A stretch of 64,000 bases of DNA from Deltaproteobacteria bacterium (GTDB lineage Bacteria > Desulfobacterota > GWC2-55-46): contig JACRET010000036.1 of NCBI GenBank assembly GCA_016218105.1, positions 5,304-69,303 on the forward strand. Direction: 5' to 3'. The position numbers and the translations under genes are program-made. Below are positions 10,406 to 20,629 of this stretch, piece by piece; the stretch's first letter is position 1, and each line of letters begins with the position of its first letter. A model generated the notes under the pieces. The model searched no databases and was not told the origin of the DNA. It saw only the letters and a program-made list of their open reading frames with translations.

Positions 10406-11304
10406 TAAAACCTCTCGCCATCGCTGCTCCCGAAGAAAAACTCGTTTCCGTCAACCGAGAAGTCGGAGGCTTCAGTTGCAGCCATTTCCGGTATTGATAT
10501 CGTAAAAACCGCGCCGGCCCCCTTTTTGCTGACAACGGTTATCGTCCCGCCAAGCAGTTCGAGCACCGATTTTATTATACTGAGTCCAAGCCCGTGCCCC
10601 CCGTGTCTCTTGGTAGCGCCTGTCTCAAGCTGGCGGAACCTTTCAAATACGGCTTTCTGATCCCTTTCATCTATACCGATGCCGTAATCGGTTACGGATA
10701 TATTCAAGCGGCCGCCGTCTTTCCAGGCCCTTATGGATATAGGCCTGCCCTCGATGCTGTACTCTATAGCGTTTGAAAGAAGGTTTAAAAGTACGGACTG
10801 GAGCTTTTCCGGGTCAGTCCTGAAAAAGTTATTTTTCGCGGAGTCGGTAAGTTCATAGGTGATATTGAGCCGCTTCTCATTTGCTCTGTGCTGGAAGGAC
10901 TCTATCGTGCTCTTAAGGAACGAATCCATATCCAGGGCTGCCGTGCTTAATACCGTGTCCCCCGCCTCGAGCTCCGCGGCCGTAAAGATGTTCCGGAGCT
11001 GGAAGCTCAGGTCAAAGGCTTCCCTGTGTATCGTGCTGACGAGGTTTTTGCAGATATCCAGGTCTACCTGGCTTTCGTTTGATATTATGAGCTCGCACAT
11101 CGTAAGTACGGATGTAAGCGGGTTATTTATCTCGTTCCTTATGTTCGACAGGAAGTGGCCTTTTACCTTTTCGGACTCCACGAGCCTTTCGTTCAGGCCC
11201 GCGAGTTTTTTTGTCATGGCCGTCAGGTCGTGGTAAGCCTTGTCCTTGGCTTGAAGACGGCTCATTATCTCTTTAACTATCTCGTCGTCCGAAAATTTAT
11301 TCAT
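10405..11304 (-). CDS. Soluble histidine-kinase-like protein (coiled-coil + HisKA-like + HATPase_c) with a non-canonical H-box
   Basis: N box LLNLLSNAIEYS, G1 VTDYGIGI, F box FERFRQ and G2 GGHGLGLSI are all present. The H-box reads KGHFLSNIRNEINNPL, with Asn where SHELRTPL has the His. There is no TM segment. Confidence 0.75.
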   Translation of the reverse strand: MNKFSDDEIVKEIMSRLQAKDKAYHDLTAMTKKLAGLNERLVESEKVKGHFLSNIRNEINNPLTSVLTMCELIISNESQVDLDICKNLVSTIHREAFDLSFQLRNIFTAAELEAGDTVLSTAALDMDSFLKSTIESFQHRANEKRLNITYELTDSAKNNFFRTDPEKLQSVLLNLLSNAIEYSIEGRPISIRAWKDGGRLNISVTDYGIGIDERDQKAVFERFRQLETGATKRHGGHGLGLSIIKSVLELLGGTITVVSKKGAGAVFTISIPEMAATEASDFSVDGNEFFFGSSDGERF

Positions 11305-11339
11305 GGCCTTGTCCCTCCGGCGCTCCGTACATGATTTTT

Positions 11340-11891
11340 TTAGAAAAACCTGAAATTGCCGCTCCTCCGGGAATCCCCGCCGCCAAAGACTTTTATGGGC
11401 CTGAGTATCACTTTCCCGGTATGCGTATAAAAAAATATCTTCCTGCCTTCGGAGCCTCCCGTATTCGATGCCGAGACCTTAAGCCCTTTGCTTTCAATGA
11501 TCCCGTAAGCCATCCTGAGGTTCTGGTACCCCACATTGACTCTCCTCGTATCGTAAAAGGCCGCCCCGCCGAAAACCTTGACCTCAAGCTCGTCCATGTC
11601 TCTTATTCCGAGTACCTTAAACCTGCTGAGCATAAATGTTATCGAGCTGTCTACGTACTTGAAGGCCTCTTTCAAGTCCCTGCGGCAGGAACCGCACTCA
11701 CCTGTGCATGCCCCTTTCACGCGCGGGGATATCGAATGGCATATGGAACCGGCCCTGAGCGAACGATCGAACAGGGCGACCGATACGCATGACCCGAGGA
11801 GCGTATGGACGAGCGCCGGCCTGTTGGCGAAGAAAAGTTCTCCTGGATTGAGAAACACGATCGGGAGGTCCGTGCACAGGGGGTTCATCAC
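11340..11891 (-). CDS. cheD: Divergent CheD paralog with a Cys-rich insertion
   Basis: TLLGSCVSVALFD...SICH...KVFGGAA...NVGYQN matches the CheD core, including the catalytic Cys and His positions. An extra segment KGACTGECGSCRRD follows the His. The start overlaps the cheR stop (ATGA at 11888-11891). Confidence 0.7.
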   Translation of the reverse strand: MMNPLCTDLPIVFLNPGELFFANRPALVHTLLGSCVSVALFDRSLRAGSICHSISPRVKGACTGECGSCRRDLKEAFKYVDSSITFMLSRFKVLGIRDMDELEVKVFGGAAFYDTRRVNVGYQNLRMAYGIIESKGLKVSASNTGGSEGRKIFFYTHTGKVILRPIKVFGGGDSRRSGNFRFF

Positions 11892-12757
11892 TTTTTCCTG
11901 TAGATGGAAGGAGCCACCTTCGAAAAAGGCAGGTCAAAGCCGCTCAGGGTCTCTGAGTGTCCGATAAACATATAGCTGCCGGGGTGCATGCACCCGGCGA
12001 ATTTATTGAAAAGCGTTGCCTGCGTCGCCTTGTCGAAATATATTATGACGTTCCTGCAAAATATTATGTCCTGCTTTTCAGGAAAGCCGAAATCCTCTTC
12101 CATGAAATTAAGCCTCTTAAGCTTCAATCGCGTCCTCAGTTCCGGGACTATCCTCACAAGGCCTTTTGAAGAGTCTTTGCTTTTCAAGACATACTTCTTT
12201 TTTAGATCCAACGGCACGGGTGTTATCCGATCTTCCTTATAGATGCCTTTTCCGGCCATGCTCAGCACCCTTGTGGAAATATCGGTTCCTGTTATCCTGT
12301 AATCGAAATCGAGTTCCGGACAGGAGCCCGAGTACTCATTTAATACCATCGCGATCGTGTAAGGCTCTTCGCCGGTCGAGCATCCGGCGCTCCATACGGA
12401 AAGCGGCTTTTTAATCCCCGCTTCACAGGTTCTTATGAGATCCGGGACAGCCGTACGCGTGAGAAAATCAAAGTGATAGGGTTCCCTGAAAAAATCGGTC
12501 TTATTTGTGGTGACGAGGTCTATCATATGGACAAGCTCCTGCTCCAGGCCCGCGGGACTGAACACAAAATCGCAGTATTCGCTGAAGCCTTTCATGCCCA
12601 GAGCCCGGAGCCTTTTCTGGAGCCTCGATTCCAGGAGGGCCCTCTTTGCGGGCGGCATCTTTATCCCCAGTTCCCTGTGGATGAAGCCGCTTAAAAGCCC
12701 GAAGACCTTCTCATCCATTCTTATGGTATTAAGAACCGCCCGCGCATCGTCTGCCAT
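11888..12757 (-). CDS. cheR: Chemotaxis protein methyltransferase CheR
   Basis: N-terminal helical domain plus the SAM-MTase core (VWSAGCSTGEEPYTIAMVL, IFCRNVIIYF). Confidence 0.9.
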   Translation of the reverse strand: MADDARAVLNTIRMDEKVFGLLSGFIHRELGIKMPPAKRALLESRLQKRLRALGMKGFSEYCDFVFSPAGLEQELVHMIDLVTTNKTDFFREPYHFDFLTRTAVPDLIRTCEAGIKKPLSVWSAGCSTGEEPYTIAMVLNEYSGSCPELDFDYRITGTDISTRVLSMAGKGIYKEDRITPVPLDLKKKYVLKSKDSSKGLVRIVPELRTRLKLKRLNFMEEDFGFPEKQDIIFCRNVIIYFDKATQATLFNKFAGCMHPGSYMFIGHSETLSGFDLPFSKVAPSIYRKK

Positions 12758-12782
12758 GTTTAATCCCCAAGCCCGGCGCGTC

Positions 12783-13277
12783 TTAAGCCGCCGGAGCCTT
12801 TATGTCCTGAACTACGGCGAGCTCTTCGGTAGAGAAGATCTCGTCTACCTCCAAGATGATTATGAACTGGTCGTCGCGCTTGCCCATGCCTTTGATAAAC
12901 TCGGTATTGAGCCGTGTGCCTATCCTCGGGGGCGGTTCTATCTGCCCCGGCTCGAGCTCTATGACCTCCTGAACCGAATCCGCAAGGGCGCCCAATACGA
13001 GTTTTTCCCCCTCAAGGTTGATCTCGACTATGATGATGCAGGTATTGACTGTCTGCTCCGTCTTTGACATGCCGAATTTGAGGCGCATATCGACGACCGG
13101 CACAACGCTGCCCCTGAGGTTGATAACCCCTCTCATGAAATCCGGCGTCCTCGGCACTTTGGTAACCGATGTAAAATCAAGCACCTCTCTGACCTTGGAG
13201 ATATCGAGGGCAAACACTTCGCTGTCCAGCTTGAACGTCAGGTACTGCGTCGTTTCCGCTACCGTGGGCACACTCAT
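12783..13277 (-). CDS. cheW: CheW coupling protein
   Basis: QYLTFKLDSEVFALDI...MRGVINLRGSVVPVVDMRLKFG is a typical CheW. Confidence 0.9.
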   Translation of the reverse strand: MSVPTVAETTQYLTFKLDSEVFALDISKVREVLDFTSVTKVPRTPDFMRGVINLRGSVVPVVDMRLKFGMSKTEQTVNTCIIIVEINLEGEKLVLGALADSVQEVIELEPGQIEPPPRIGTRLNTEFIKGMGKRDDQFIIILEVDEIFSTEELAVVQDIKAPAA

Positions 13278-13289
13278 CGCAAGCCTCCA

Positions 13290-14987
13290 TTAATATTTTA
13301 CGAATTCCGTATCTTCTTCGTCGTGCGTATCCAGATTCAGGGCCACCCCTCCGCTGTTGGCCGCAGCCTTGGCGGTTTTGGCGGACGCGGCCTGGGATAT
13401 GTGCGCGACCTTCGACCTCGAAGCCGGGTGCTTTGCGCCTTTTACGGCCTTAAGCTGCCTTGTAACCGGCGCGCCTGAATCCGAGATCTTGAAGAACGCT
13501 ATAGACGACTGGAGCTGTTCGGCCTGGGAAGATAGCTCCTCTGAAGTTGACGCAAGCTCCTCCGCCGCTCCGGCGTTCTGCTGGATAACCTGGTCAAGCT
13601 GCTGGAGGGCCCTGTTGATCTGGTCGGCGCCGCTGTTCTGTTCTCCGCTTGCCGCGGTGATCTCCTGTACAAGCTCGGAGGTCTTCTGGATATCAGGCAC
13701 GAGCTTCGCGAGCATCTCTCCGGCTTTCTCGGCTATCTGCACGCTTGTGGAAGAGAGCTGGCTTATTTCTCCTGCGGCTGTCTGGCTTCTCTCCGCGAGT
13801 TTCCTTACCTCGGATGCCACGACGGCGAAGCCTTTGCCGTGCTCGCCGGCCCTGGCTGCCTCGATCGCCGCGTTCAGGGCGAGGAGGTTTGTCTGCCTTG
13901 CTATCTCTTCTATGATAGATATCTTTGAGGCTATCTCTTTCATCGCGCTCACGGTCTCCGCCACGGCCTTGCCCGACTCCCTGGCGTCTGTGGCCGATTT
14001 ATTCGCGATCTTTTCCGTCTGCTGGGAGTTATCCGAGTTCTGTCTGATATTGGATGTCATCTCTTCCATCGAGGAAGACGTCTCTTCGATCGCGGCGGCC
14101 TGTTCGGTCGCACCCTGCGATATCTGTTGAGCGCCTGAGCTCAGCTCCTGGCTTCCGCCCGCAACATTGTCCGAAACGGCGCGCACATCCGCGACAACGC
14201 TTCTGAGCTTGTCGACCATGTTCTTCATGGCGGAGAGGAGCTGGCCTGTCTCGTCCTTGCCTTTTAATTCTATGTCTATAGTAAGATCGCCTACGGCAAG
14301 CTTATTAGCCACGTTCTCGGTAAGGTCCGACAGCGGCCTGGCGATCATCCTTGTAAGGAGCATGACAGCCGAAATAGCTACCGCTATGGCAAGGAAGGTA
14401 GCTCCTATGACAACGTTCCTGGTAAATATATAATCGGTCGCCGCCTGATCGTAAAGCTGCTTGCCGACCTCATTCTGTATCTCTATCAGCCTCTGGGATT
14501 TTTGATCCACAACCTTGAATTTAGCGCCCGCATCGTTAGCAGCATTGAACTTAGCCTGTTCAAATTTGCCTTCAAGCGCCCATTTGTAGGTATTTGTCCT
14601 TGATTCGTCATAGGCCTTCCAGGCCGGTATAAATTCATCAAGAACCTTTTTCTCCTCCGGTACCAGGTATGTCTGAGCGTACTTGTCTATCAGAGTGTTT
14701 ATCTCTTTCTCGTCCTCAGCGGACTGAGTGAAAATCGCCTGCCGCTTCGCGAGATCGGTCTCGTTCACGATCTTAAGCGCGCCCATCCTGATATTAGCGA
14801 GCGACATATTCACCTTCCCGAGGTCCACAACAGGGACAAACCTGTCATCGTAGAGCGACTGGAGATCGCCTTTCAGGTCCATAATCCTGTTTATGCTTAG
14901 GGCTCCCAGGAGCAGCACGAAGACCACTACCAGGGCAAAGCTTAAAGTAAGTTTGGAGCTTGTTTTCATGTCTCTAAAAAAATTCAT
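13290..14987 (-). CDS. mcp: Methyl-accepting chemotaxis protein (4-helix-bundle-type periplasmic sensor, HAMP, MCP domain)
   Basis: Start placed at the ATG at 14987 ([23 protein letters not shown]..., GGAGG RBS). The longer track ORF would overlap cheA. HAMP is VGDLTI; the tip is [38 protein letters not shown]. Confidence 0.9.
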   Translation of the reverse strand: MNFFRDMKTSSKLTLSFALVVVFVLLLGALSINRIMDLKGDLQSLYDDRFVPVVDLGKVNMSLANIRMGALKIVNETDLAKRQAIFTQSAEDEKEINTLIDKYAQTYLVPEEKKVLDEFIPAWKAYDESRTNTYKWALEGKFEQAKFNAANDAGAKFKVVDQKSQRLIEIQNEVGKQLYDQAATDYIFTRNVVIGATFLAIAVAISAVMLLTRMIARPLSDLTENVANKLAVGDLTIDIELKGKDETGQLLSAMKNMVDKLRSVVADVRAVSDNVAGGSQELSSGAQQISQGATEQAAAIEETSSSMEEMTSNIRQNSDNSQQTEKIANKSATDARESGKAVAETVSAMKEIASKISIIEEIARQTNLLALNAAIEAARAGEHGKGFAVVASEVRKLAERSQTAAGEISQLSSTSVQIAEKAGEMLAKLVPDIQKTSELVQEITAASGEQNSGADQINRALQQLDQVIQQNAGAAEELASTSEELSSQAEQLQSSIAFFKISDSGAPVTRQLKAVKGAKHPASRSKVAHISQAASAKTAKAAANSGGVALNLDTHDEEDTEFVKY

Positions 14988-15111
14988 TACGTCCTCCGAT
15001 TTTTTAGATTTACAGGTAGCTGACACACTCTCACCGCAGCCAGCTCCTTTTTTAGCCTGATAGAATATGTGTATCTCCGGAAAACTCCCTTTCCATCCTT
15101 TCCCTCCCTGA

Positions 15112-17283
15112 TCATGAGGCCCTTGAGGCCTCATGCTCGACGCAGGCGATAAGCCTTGGGATATCGAGTATCAGCGCGACCTTGCCGTTTCCCATAATGG
15201 TCGCCCCTGAAATGCCCTGGATGTCCCTGTAGACCCTTCCGAGCGATTTGATGACCGTCTGCACCTCACCGTAAAGCTCATCCACCACAAGCCCTATCTT
15301 TACCGAGGCGTATTGCACGACCACGATATTTTCGAAACGGGGGCTCTCACCCGCGAGCCTGAAAAAATCGCGGAGCCTTACATAGGGGAGAACTTCGCCC
15401 CTCAGATTGATGTAGCTTCTCCTGCTGGCGGCCTGCCTTTCCGCGTCAGAAAGTTCCACGCATTCAACCACCATATCTAGCGGTATTACGTACGAAGAGC
15501 CCTGTACCCCGACCATGAAGCCGTCTATGATGGCAAGCGTGAGCGGCAGCCTTATGACGACCTTGGCGCCGGCGCCCTCGGCGCTTTCAACATCAACGGT
15601 CCCTCTTAAGGATTCGATATTACGCTTGACGACATCCATTCCAACGCCCCTTCCCGAAAGCTTCGTTACCGCTTCCGCCGTCGAGAAGCCCGGCTCGAAT
15701 ATAAACCGGAATATTTCATTGTCCGTAAGAGACTGCGCCGTGTTTGCGAGCCCCAGGGCTATCGCCTTATCGAGTATCTTTTTGCGGTTGAGCCCCCTGC
15801 CGTCGTCGATTATCTCTATTACTATCGACCCGGCGTCGTGATATGCGTTGAGGCGGATAGTCCCTTTTGACGGCTTGCCCGCGCTTACCCTCTGTTCGCT
15901 CGTCTCTATCCCATGGTCTGCGGCGTTACGCACGAGGTGCATCAGAGGGTCGCTTATCTTCTCGACCACCGTCTTGTCAAGCTCGGTCTCCCCACCCTTG
16001 ATCTCCAGCTCTATTTCCTTGCCGGTCTCCTTGCTTATATCCCTTATTACCCTGTTAAAGCGGCTGAACGTCTCGCCTATCGGCACCATCCTGATCTTCA
16101 TCGAAGTATCGCGGATCTCCTCCACGAGGCAGAGCATCGACGAGGCGGACTCAAGCAGCCATGTGTCTTTTATACGCTGGGCCTGCTGGTCTATATTGGC
16201 GCTCGATATCACGAGCTCGCCGACGAGGTTTATCAGGGAGTCGAGTTTATCCGCGTCTATGCGGATAGTCTTCGCCTCTTTCGACTTGACCTCCTGCGTC
16301 TTTTTCTGCTTAAGGAGCGCGGCGTCTAGAATGTCTTGCTGAACCATGTGCTCGCTTACCAATATTTCCCCTAGCAGGCGTTTTCCTTCCTCCGCTCCCG
16401 CATCCGGCCTGCCCTGGAGCTTCAACGCCTCTTCCAGTTCCGGTTGGGTGAGCGCGCCGCCGTTGACAAGTATCTCCCCAAGCAGGAGCGTATCTTCCGG
16501 CAAGCCGTTTATAAGTTCCACATAGGATTCGATGCGGCTGTGAGGCGGAAGGATGTGTATCTTGCAGTCCTCACGGACGAATTCGAAGACATCTTCAATA
16601 GCCTTTTTGTCAAAATCACTTTTGAAATCCACTTCGAAGCCGAGGTAACAGCTCTCCGGGTCTGCAGCTTCAAGCGGCGGAATGGAATCGAAGATGGTAG
16701 TGAGGCTTGTGACCTCACCGAGCTTTGAAAGGTAATTGATGAACGGGATCGGGTCCATCCCTCCCCGCAGCACGTCGGGCCCGAACCGGAGAGAGATATG
16801 CCATGCGTCAGTTTGGGCCAGCGTGCCCGTTATCGCAGCCGCGGGGGCATCCGCTCCTTTAGCTTCTTTGCGGGGCTTTTCCTCTTTTGTCCCGAGTATC
16901 TGAGTGAGCCTTACCAGGAGCTCCGCGTCTTTTGCCATGACGGTGGCGGTCAGCGGCGCATCGGATGCCGCCAGCTCTATAAGGGCTTTTATATGGTCCC
17001 TGCATTCGAGAAGGAGCTCTATAGCCTCATTTGTTATCCCGATCTCGCCCTCGCGAACCTTCGAGAGGAGATTTTCCACTACGTGAGTGAACTTTTCGAC
17101 ATGATCGATACCCAGGATCCCGGACGCCCCTTTGATCGTATGGGCTGACCGGAAAAGCGAATTTATGGTGTCCTGGTCATCGGAGGACTTCTCCAGTATG
17201 AGAAGCGCGTTTTCCATCTCGACAAGAAGCTCCGAGCTTTCGGTTATGAACGTCAGTTTCGCCTGGGTTAATTCTATCTCCAT
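15112..17283 (-). CDS. cheA: Chemotaxis histidine kinase CheA
   Basis: Hpt ([12 protein letters not shown]), a dimerisation region, the HATPase core ([27 protein letters not shown]) and a C-terminal CheW-like domain. Confidence 0.92.
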   Translation of the reverse strand: MEIELTQAKLTFITESSELLVEMENALLILEKSSDDQDTINSLFRSAHTIKGASGILGIDHVEKFTHVVENLLSKVREGEIGITNEAIELLLECRDHIKALIELAASDAPLTATVMAKDAELLVRLTQILGTKEEKPRKEAKGADAPAAAITGTLAQTDAWHISLRFGPDVLRGGMDPIPFINYLSKLGEVTSLTTIFDSIPPLEAADPESCYLGFEVDFKSDFDKKAIEDVFEFVREDCKIHILPPHSRIESYVELINGLPEDTLLLGEILVNGGALTQPELEEALKLQGRPDAGAEEGKRLLGEILVSEHMVQQDILDAALLKQKKTQEVKSKEAKTIRIDADKLDSLINLVGELVISSANIDQQAQRIKDTWLLESASSMLCLVEEIRDTSMKIRMVPIGETFSRFNRVIRDISKETGKEIELEIKGGETELDKTVVEKISDPLMHLVRNAADHGIETSEQRVSAGKPSKGTIRLNAYHDAGSIVIEIIDDGRGLNRKKILDKAIALGLANTAQSLTDNEIFRFIFEPGFSTAEAVTKLSGRGVGMDVVKRNIESLRGTVDVESAEGAGAKVVIRLPLTLAIIDGFMVGVQGSSYVIPLDMVVECVELSDAERQAASRRSYINLRGEVLPYVRLRDFFRLAGESPRFENIVVVQYASVKIGLVVDELYGEVQTVIKSLGRVYRDIQGISGATIMGNGKVALILDIPRLIACVEHEASRAS

Positions 17284-17597
17284 GCTGCCCCTTTGCTGCT
17301 GTCTGCTTCGAAATAGGTTCTCATATTGTAGAGTTCGATGACCGTCGCGGCGGCCTGACTGATATTCACCAGCGTAAGCTCTCTGCTTTTTTGAACAGCC
17401 TCCTTCTTCGCGAGCAGGAGGAGCTGAAATCCCGAGGTATCCATCTCGTTTACCTCTGAAAGGTCCATAGCAAGGTCCCTGTTTTCAGCCAGCGCGTCGA
17501 GCAAACCCTTTTTCAGGGCTGGCGCGTTGTATATGGTCATCTCTCCCGATATGCGCATCAAATCCCCGCGCTCATTATTTTCCATCATTATCTCCAC
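17274..17597 (-). CDS. STAS-domain protein (anti-sigma-factor-antagonist fold) embedded in the Che operon
   Basis: 107 aa; RISGEMTIYNAPALKKGLLDAL...LSEVNEMDTSGFQLLLLAKKEA is SpoIIAA/STAS-like. It overlaps the cheA start by 10 nt. Confidence 0.7.
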   Translation of the reverse strand: MEIMMENNERGDLMRISGEMTIYNAPALKKGLLDALAENRDLAMDLSEVNEMDTSGFQLLLLAKKEAVQKSRELTLVNISQAAATVIELYNMRTYFEADSSKGAAWR

Positions 17598-17613
17598 GCG
17601 CTTCCTCCTTGCC

Positions 17614-17982
17614 TCAGGGCATTATCAATTTTGAAATGGCTTCCAGCATCTGCTCGGGCTTGAAGGGTTTGACGACCCAGGCCTTCGCCCCGGCCATCTT
17701 TCCCTCCTGTTTTTTATTCTCCTGGGATTCCGTCGTGAGCATTATCACAGGGGTGAATTTATAAGAGGCGCTGGTCTTGATGTTTTTGAGAAATGAGATT
17801 CCGTCCATGTTAGGCATATTCACGTCGCATATCATGAGGTTTACCTTCTGGCCCTGGAGCTTGCCTATCGCGTCTCTCCCGTCGCATGCCTCGATAACGT
17901 CGTAGCCGGCCTTCTTAAGGGTAATATTCACGACCTGCCTGATCGAAGCCGAATCATCGATAACCATTATTGTCTTTGCCAT
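17614..17982 (-). CDS. cheY: Single-domain response regulator CheY
   Basis: 122 aa; IMVIDDSASIRQVV...CDVNMPNMDGISF...KAWVVKPF. Confidence 0.92.
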   Translation of the reverse strand: MAKTIMVIDDSASIRQVVNITLKKAGYDVIEACDGRDAIGKLQGQKVNLMICDVNMPNMDGISFLKNIKTSASYKFTPVIMLTTESQENKKQEGKMAGAKAWVVKPFKPEQMLEAISKLIMP

Positions 17983-18018
17983 CTTAAGCCTCCTGGATAT
18001 TCCCCGCCGGGTTGATTT

Positions 18019-19362
18019 TTAAAAGAAAGTAACGTCGCTCTGCGCGACCCTTGGCGCCTTCGCGTTGGCGCTTTTTTTACTGCCCCCGCCCTGGTTCACG
18101 ATTTCGAGGTGAATGTTTCTCTGCTGCTCCATCACATAATAGCTGTGAATGTCTTCCATATTGAATTCCGGAAGCCTGCACTCCGAGGTGCACAGCTCCG
18201 GCATTGCAAGGCAGTCTTGAAGCCTTCTTATGTAAGCGTCGGTATCTGAAATGGTCCTCATGACAAGCTCAATCTGCTGGCGGACGATATCCTGGAACTG
18301 CACATTGGCAAGCAGATCGGTCACTTCCCTGGCGACCTCATCGCTCCCAAGGCTTACCTGGGCGAGTATCTCCTTATTAAGCGTATCCAGCTCGCCATAG
18401 CTTTTTCCGAGCTTCGCGAGCTGCGCCTCAAGGCTCAGGAGGAGCGTGCCTTCTTCCTTGTTATTGTGCTGGTTGAGCTTTACCGCGAACTTCTCCTCTA
18501 TGTCCTCGGCCATCTGAACCATGGCATGGCCTATCTTTGTGGCGGCCTGCTCGGACTGCGTGGAGAGCTTCCTGACCTCTGAGGCGACTATGGCGAAGCC
18601 TCTTCCGTGTTCGCCCGCCCTTGCCGCTTCTATGGCGGCATTCAACGCAAGCAGATTCGTCTGGTCGCTTATCTCCTTTAAAAGATCGACAAACTTGGTC
18701 ATCGATCGCGCCTTTTCCGCGAGCGCCAGCACCGCCTTATAATCCTTGTCAACCTCTGAAAGGCGTTTTTCCACGTAGTGCCGGAGGGCCGAGATCGTCT
18801 CTTCGTTCGCGGCTATGGTCTCTCCGGAGACTGTGGCGAGGGACTCGCTCTCCTGCTGGAGCTTGAGGAGGGTCTGCTGCATTCCTCCCATTGACCGGTC
18901 TATGGCCTGTGATTGGGAGATGATCATGTTCGCGGCTGAATCGGTTTCTCCTATGATGTTGTTGAGATGTGCCTTTGCCAGCTTGTTTATATCCTGCTGG
19001 GCCTCGAAGTAGCGGCCCACCTTCGCTTCCCTGTTCTGTAAATGCTCGCTGTAAGCCGTAATCTCATCTACCAGTTCTTTTTCCGTCTCCGCTATCCTCA
19101 AAAGAGACCGGCCTGCCGATTTAAAGCTGATGGCCTGCACTATCACGACGGCCGTGATTACCCAAAAAGCGTCTTCCAATGCCCTTGAATATCCCTGTGA
19201 AAAAAAGCGGCTTAAGAAGCCCTGTATGTAATCCCAGAAAAAAAGCTCTATAAAGCCGGGAATAATCAAAGCCAGGGCCGTTGTTGCGAAAAAGATCCGT
19301 TTGTAGGTGGGGATGTAGAGGAAGAGGAAGGAATCGGATCTTCTATTTAGAGTTTCTGCCAT
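18019..19362 (-). CDS. Short membrane-anchored MCP-like protein (two N-terminal TM helices, no periplasmic sensor domain, MCP tip, Cys-containing C-terminus)
   Basis: The TM helices are close together. The tip is [38 protein letters not shown]. The C-terminal region carries [15 protein letters not shown] and [12 protein letters not shown]. It is the first gene of the Che2-like operon. Confidence 0.75.
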   Translation of the reverse strand: MAETLNRRSDSFLFLYIPTYKRIFFATTALALIIPGFIELFFWDYIQGFLSRFFSQGYSRALEDAFWVITAVVIVQAISFKSAGRSLLRIAETEKELVDEITAYSEHLQNREAKVGRYFEAQQDINKLAKAHLNNIIGETDSAANMIISQSQAIDRSMGGMQQTLLKLQQESESLATVSGETIAANEETISALRHYVEKRLSEVDKDYKAVLALAEKARSMTKFVDLLKEISDQTNLLALNAAIEAARAGEHGRGFAIVASEVRKLSTQSEQAATKIGHAMVQMAEDIEEKFAVKLNQHNNKEEGTLLLSLEAQLAKLGKSYGELDTLNKEILAQVSLGSDEVAREVTDLLANVQFQDIVRQQIELVMRTISDTDAYIRRLQDCLAMPELCTSECRLPEFNMEDIHSYYVMEQQRNIHLEIVNQGGGSKKSANAKAPRVAQSDVTFF

Positions 19363-19660
19363 AATCTTCTAAAGTCCCTTTCAGTTATCGACACGCCCCC
19401 GAAATACTCGACTGTTAAGAGGAGGCGTGTATAACTCCATATCGGAATACAGGCTTTGAAGATGTATAGCCAGAAAGATTGAATTTTCGCCTAGTCTGAA
19501 GGATCAGGCGGCTCCTAGTCCGGGAGACTAGGGGGATATTGAAAAGCACCCGGCGCAATCAGCGCCAGAAGGCCGCGAGGGAGCGAATATGCCCCGCATA
19601 AAATCATTGTAAAACCGCGCGTCACGGGGTAGACTCTCGATAAGATAAAAGGAGCGGAAT

Positions 19661-20629
19661 ATGGTTCGTGTCCTCACTTATACACAGGAAAAAGGGCTTG
19701 AAGAGCCGGGCATAGAGAGCATACCGGAGCTTCTTAAAGACGAAAAACGGCTTACCTGGGTGGACTTCGACAACCCCGGGGAATCCGAAACAGAGCTTCT
19801 CTCAAGCGTCTTCAAATTTCATCCTTTGGCTATCGAGGACTGCCTGAGCTTCGTCCCGAATCCAAAGATAGACGATTATTCAGATTATCTGTATATCGTG
19901 ATCCACGGCATAAGCTCGGAGGCGCTTAAGCGCGACGAGCTTGAGACGCATGATCTGGACATATTCCTCGGAAAGAACTACCTCGTAACCTTCCATAAGG
20001 ATTATTCCAGGAGTGTCGCCTCTGTAATGGAGCGTTGCAGAAAAAATACTTCCTTGATGGCAAAGGAATCTGAATGGCTCATGCACAAGGTAGTGGATAC
20101 GCTGGTGGACAATTACCTTCCCATAATGGATGAGCTTGAGGAAAAAATAGACGCGACAGAGAAGGAGTCCTTCGAAAAGCCGGGCAAGGAGATCCCGAAG
20201 AAGATACTCGCCCTTAAGAAGGACATCCTTTATTTAAGAAGGGTAATCCACCCTCAGAGGGAGATATTAAGACAACTGAGCAGCGGCGAATATCCGATCA
20301 TCTGCTTTGATTGCAGCCTGCATTTCAAGGACGTTTATGACCACCTTTTCATGATCTCCGAGCTTATCGAATCCTACAGGGATTCCTTAACCACCGCCAT
20401 GGACGTCTATCTCTCAACGGTATCCAACAGGCTCAACGAGGTGATGAAGGTCTTGACCGTGATAGCGACTATAATGATGCCGCTGACATTGATCAGCGGT
20501 ATCTACGGGATGAACTTCAGATGGATGCCGCTACTGGATGAGCCTTTCGGGTTCCATGTAATGATCATTATAATGCTCTTCCTCGGCGGCGGAATGCTCT
20601 GGTCTTTCAAACGAAGAGGCTGGTGGTAA
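19661..20629 (+). CDS. corA: CorA family magnesium/cobalt transporter
   Basis: 322 aa with two C-terminal TM helices and the YGMNF signature (GIYGMNFRWMP). Confidence 0.9.
   Translation: MVRVLTYTQEKGLEEPGIESIPELLKDEKRLTWVDFDNPGESETELLSSVFKFHPLAIEDCLSFVPNPKIDDYSDYLYIVIHGISSEALKRDELETHDLDIFLGKNYLVTFHKDYSRSVASVMERCRKNTSLMAKESEWLMHKVVDTLVDNYLPIMDELEEKIDATEKESFEKPGKEIPKKILALKKDILYLRRVIHPQREILRQLSSGEYPIICFDCSLHFKDVYDHLFMISELIESYRDSLTTAMDVYLSTVSNRLNEVMKVLTVIATIMMPLTLISGIYGMNFRWMPLLDEPFGFHVMIIIMLFLGGGMLWSFKRRGWW

Noticed and set aside
10149-10535. 128-aa minus-strand ORF spanning the cheD1/kinase junction in another frame.
   Set aside because: It overlaps two well-supported genes out of frame and has an Arg/Pro-rich composition.
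13357-14130. 257-aa plus-strand ORF (Ala/Ser/Cys-rich) inside the MCP gene.
   Set aside because: It is antisense to a well-supported MCP signalling domain. Its low-complexity composition is typical of the shadow frame of Ala/Glu/Gln-rich coiled coils. The same applies to 4816..5256, 18521..18742 and 39532..40233.
14988-15134. N-terminal 49-aa extension of the MCP ORF (track start at 15134).
   Set aside because: It would overlap the cheA 3' end. The internal ATG at 14987 has a GGAGG RBS and starts directly with the expected basic-then-TM N-terminus.
19363-19660. Possible M-box (Mg2+) riboswitch upstream of corA.
   Set aside because: The leader has only one short hairpin (CCTAGTC-CGGGA-GACTAGG) and none of the conserved M-box segments I can recall. 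This cannot be excluded without a covariance-model scan.
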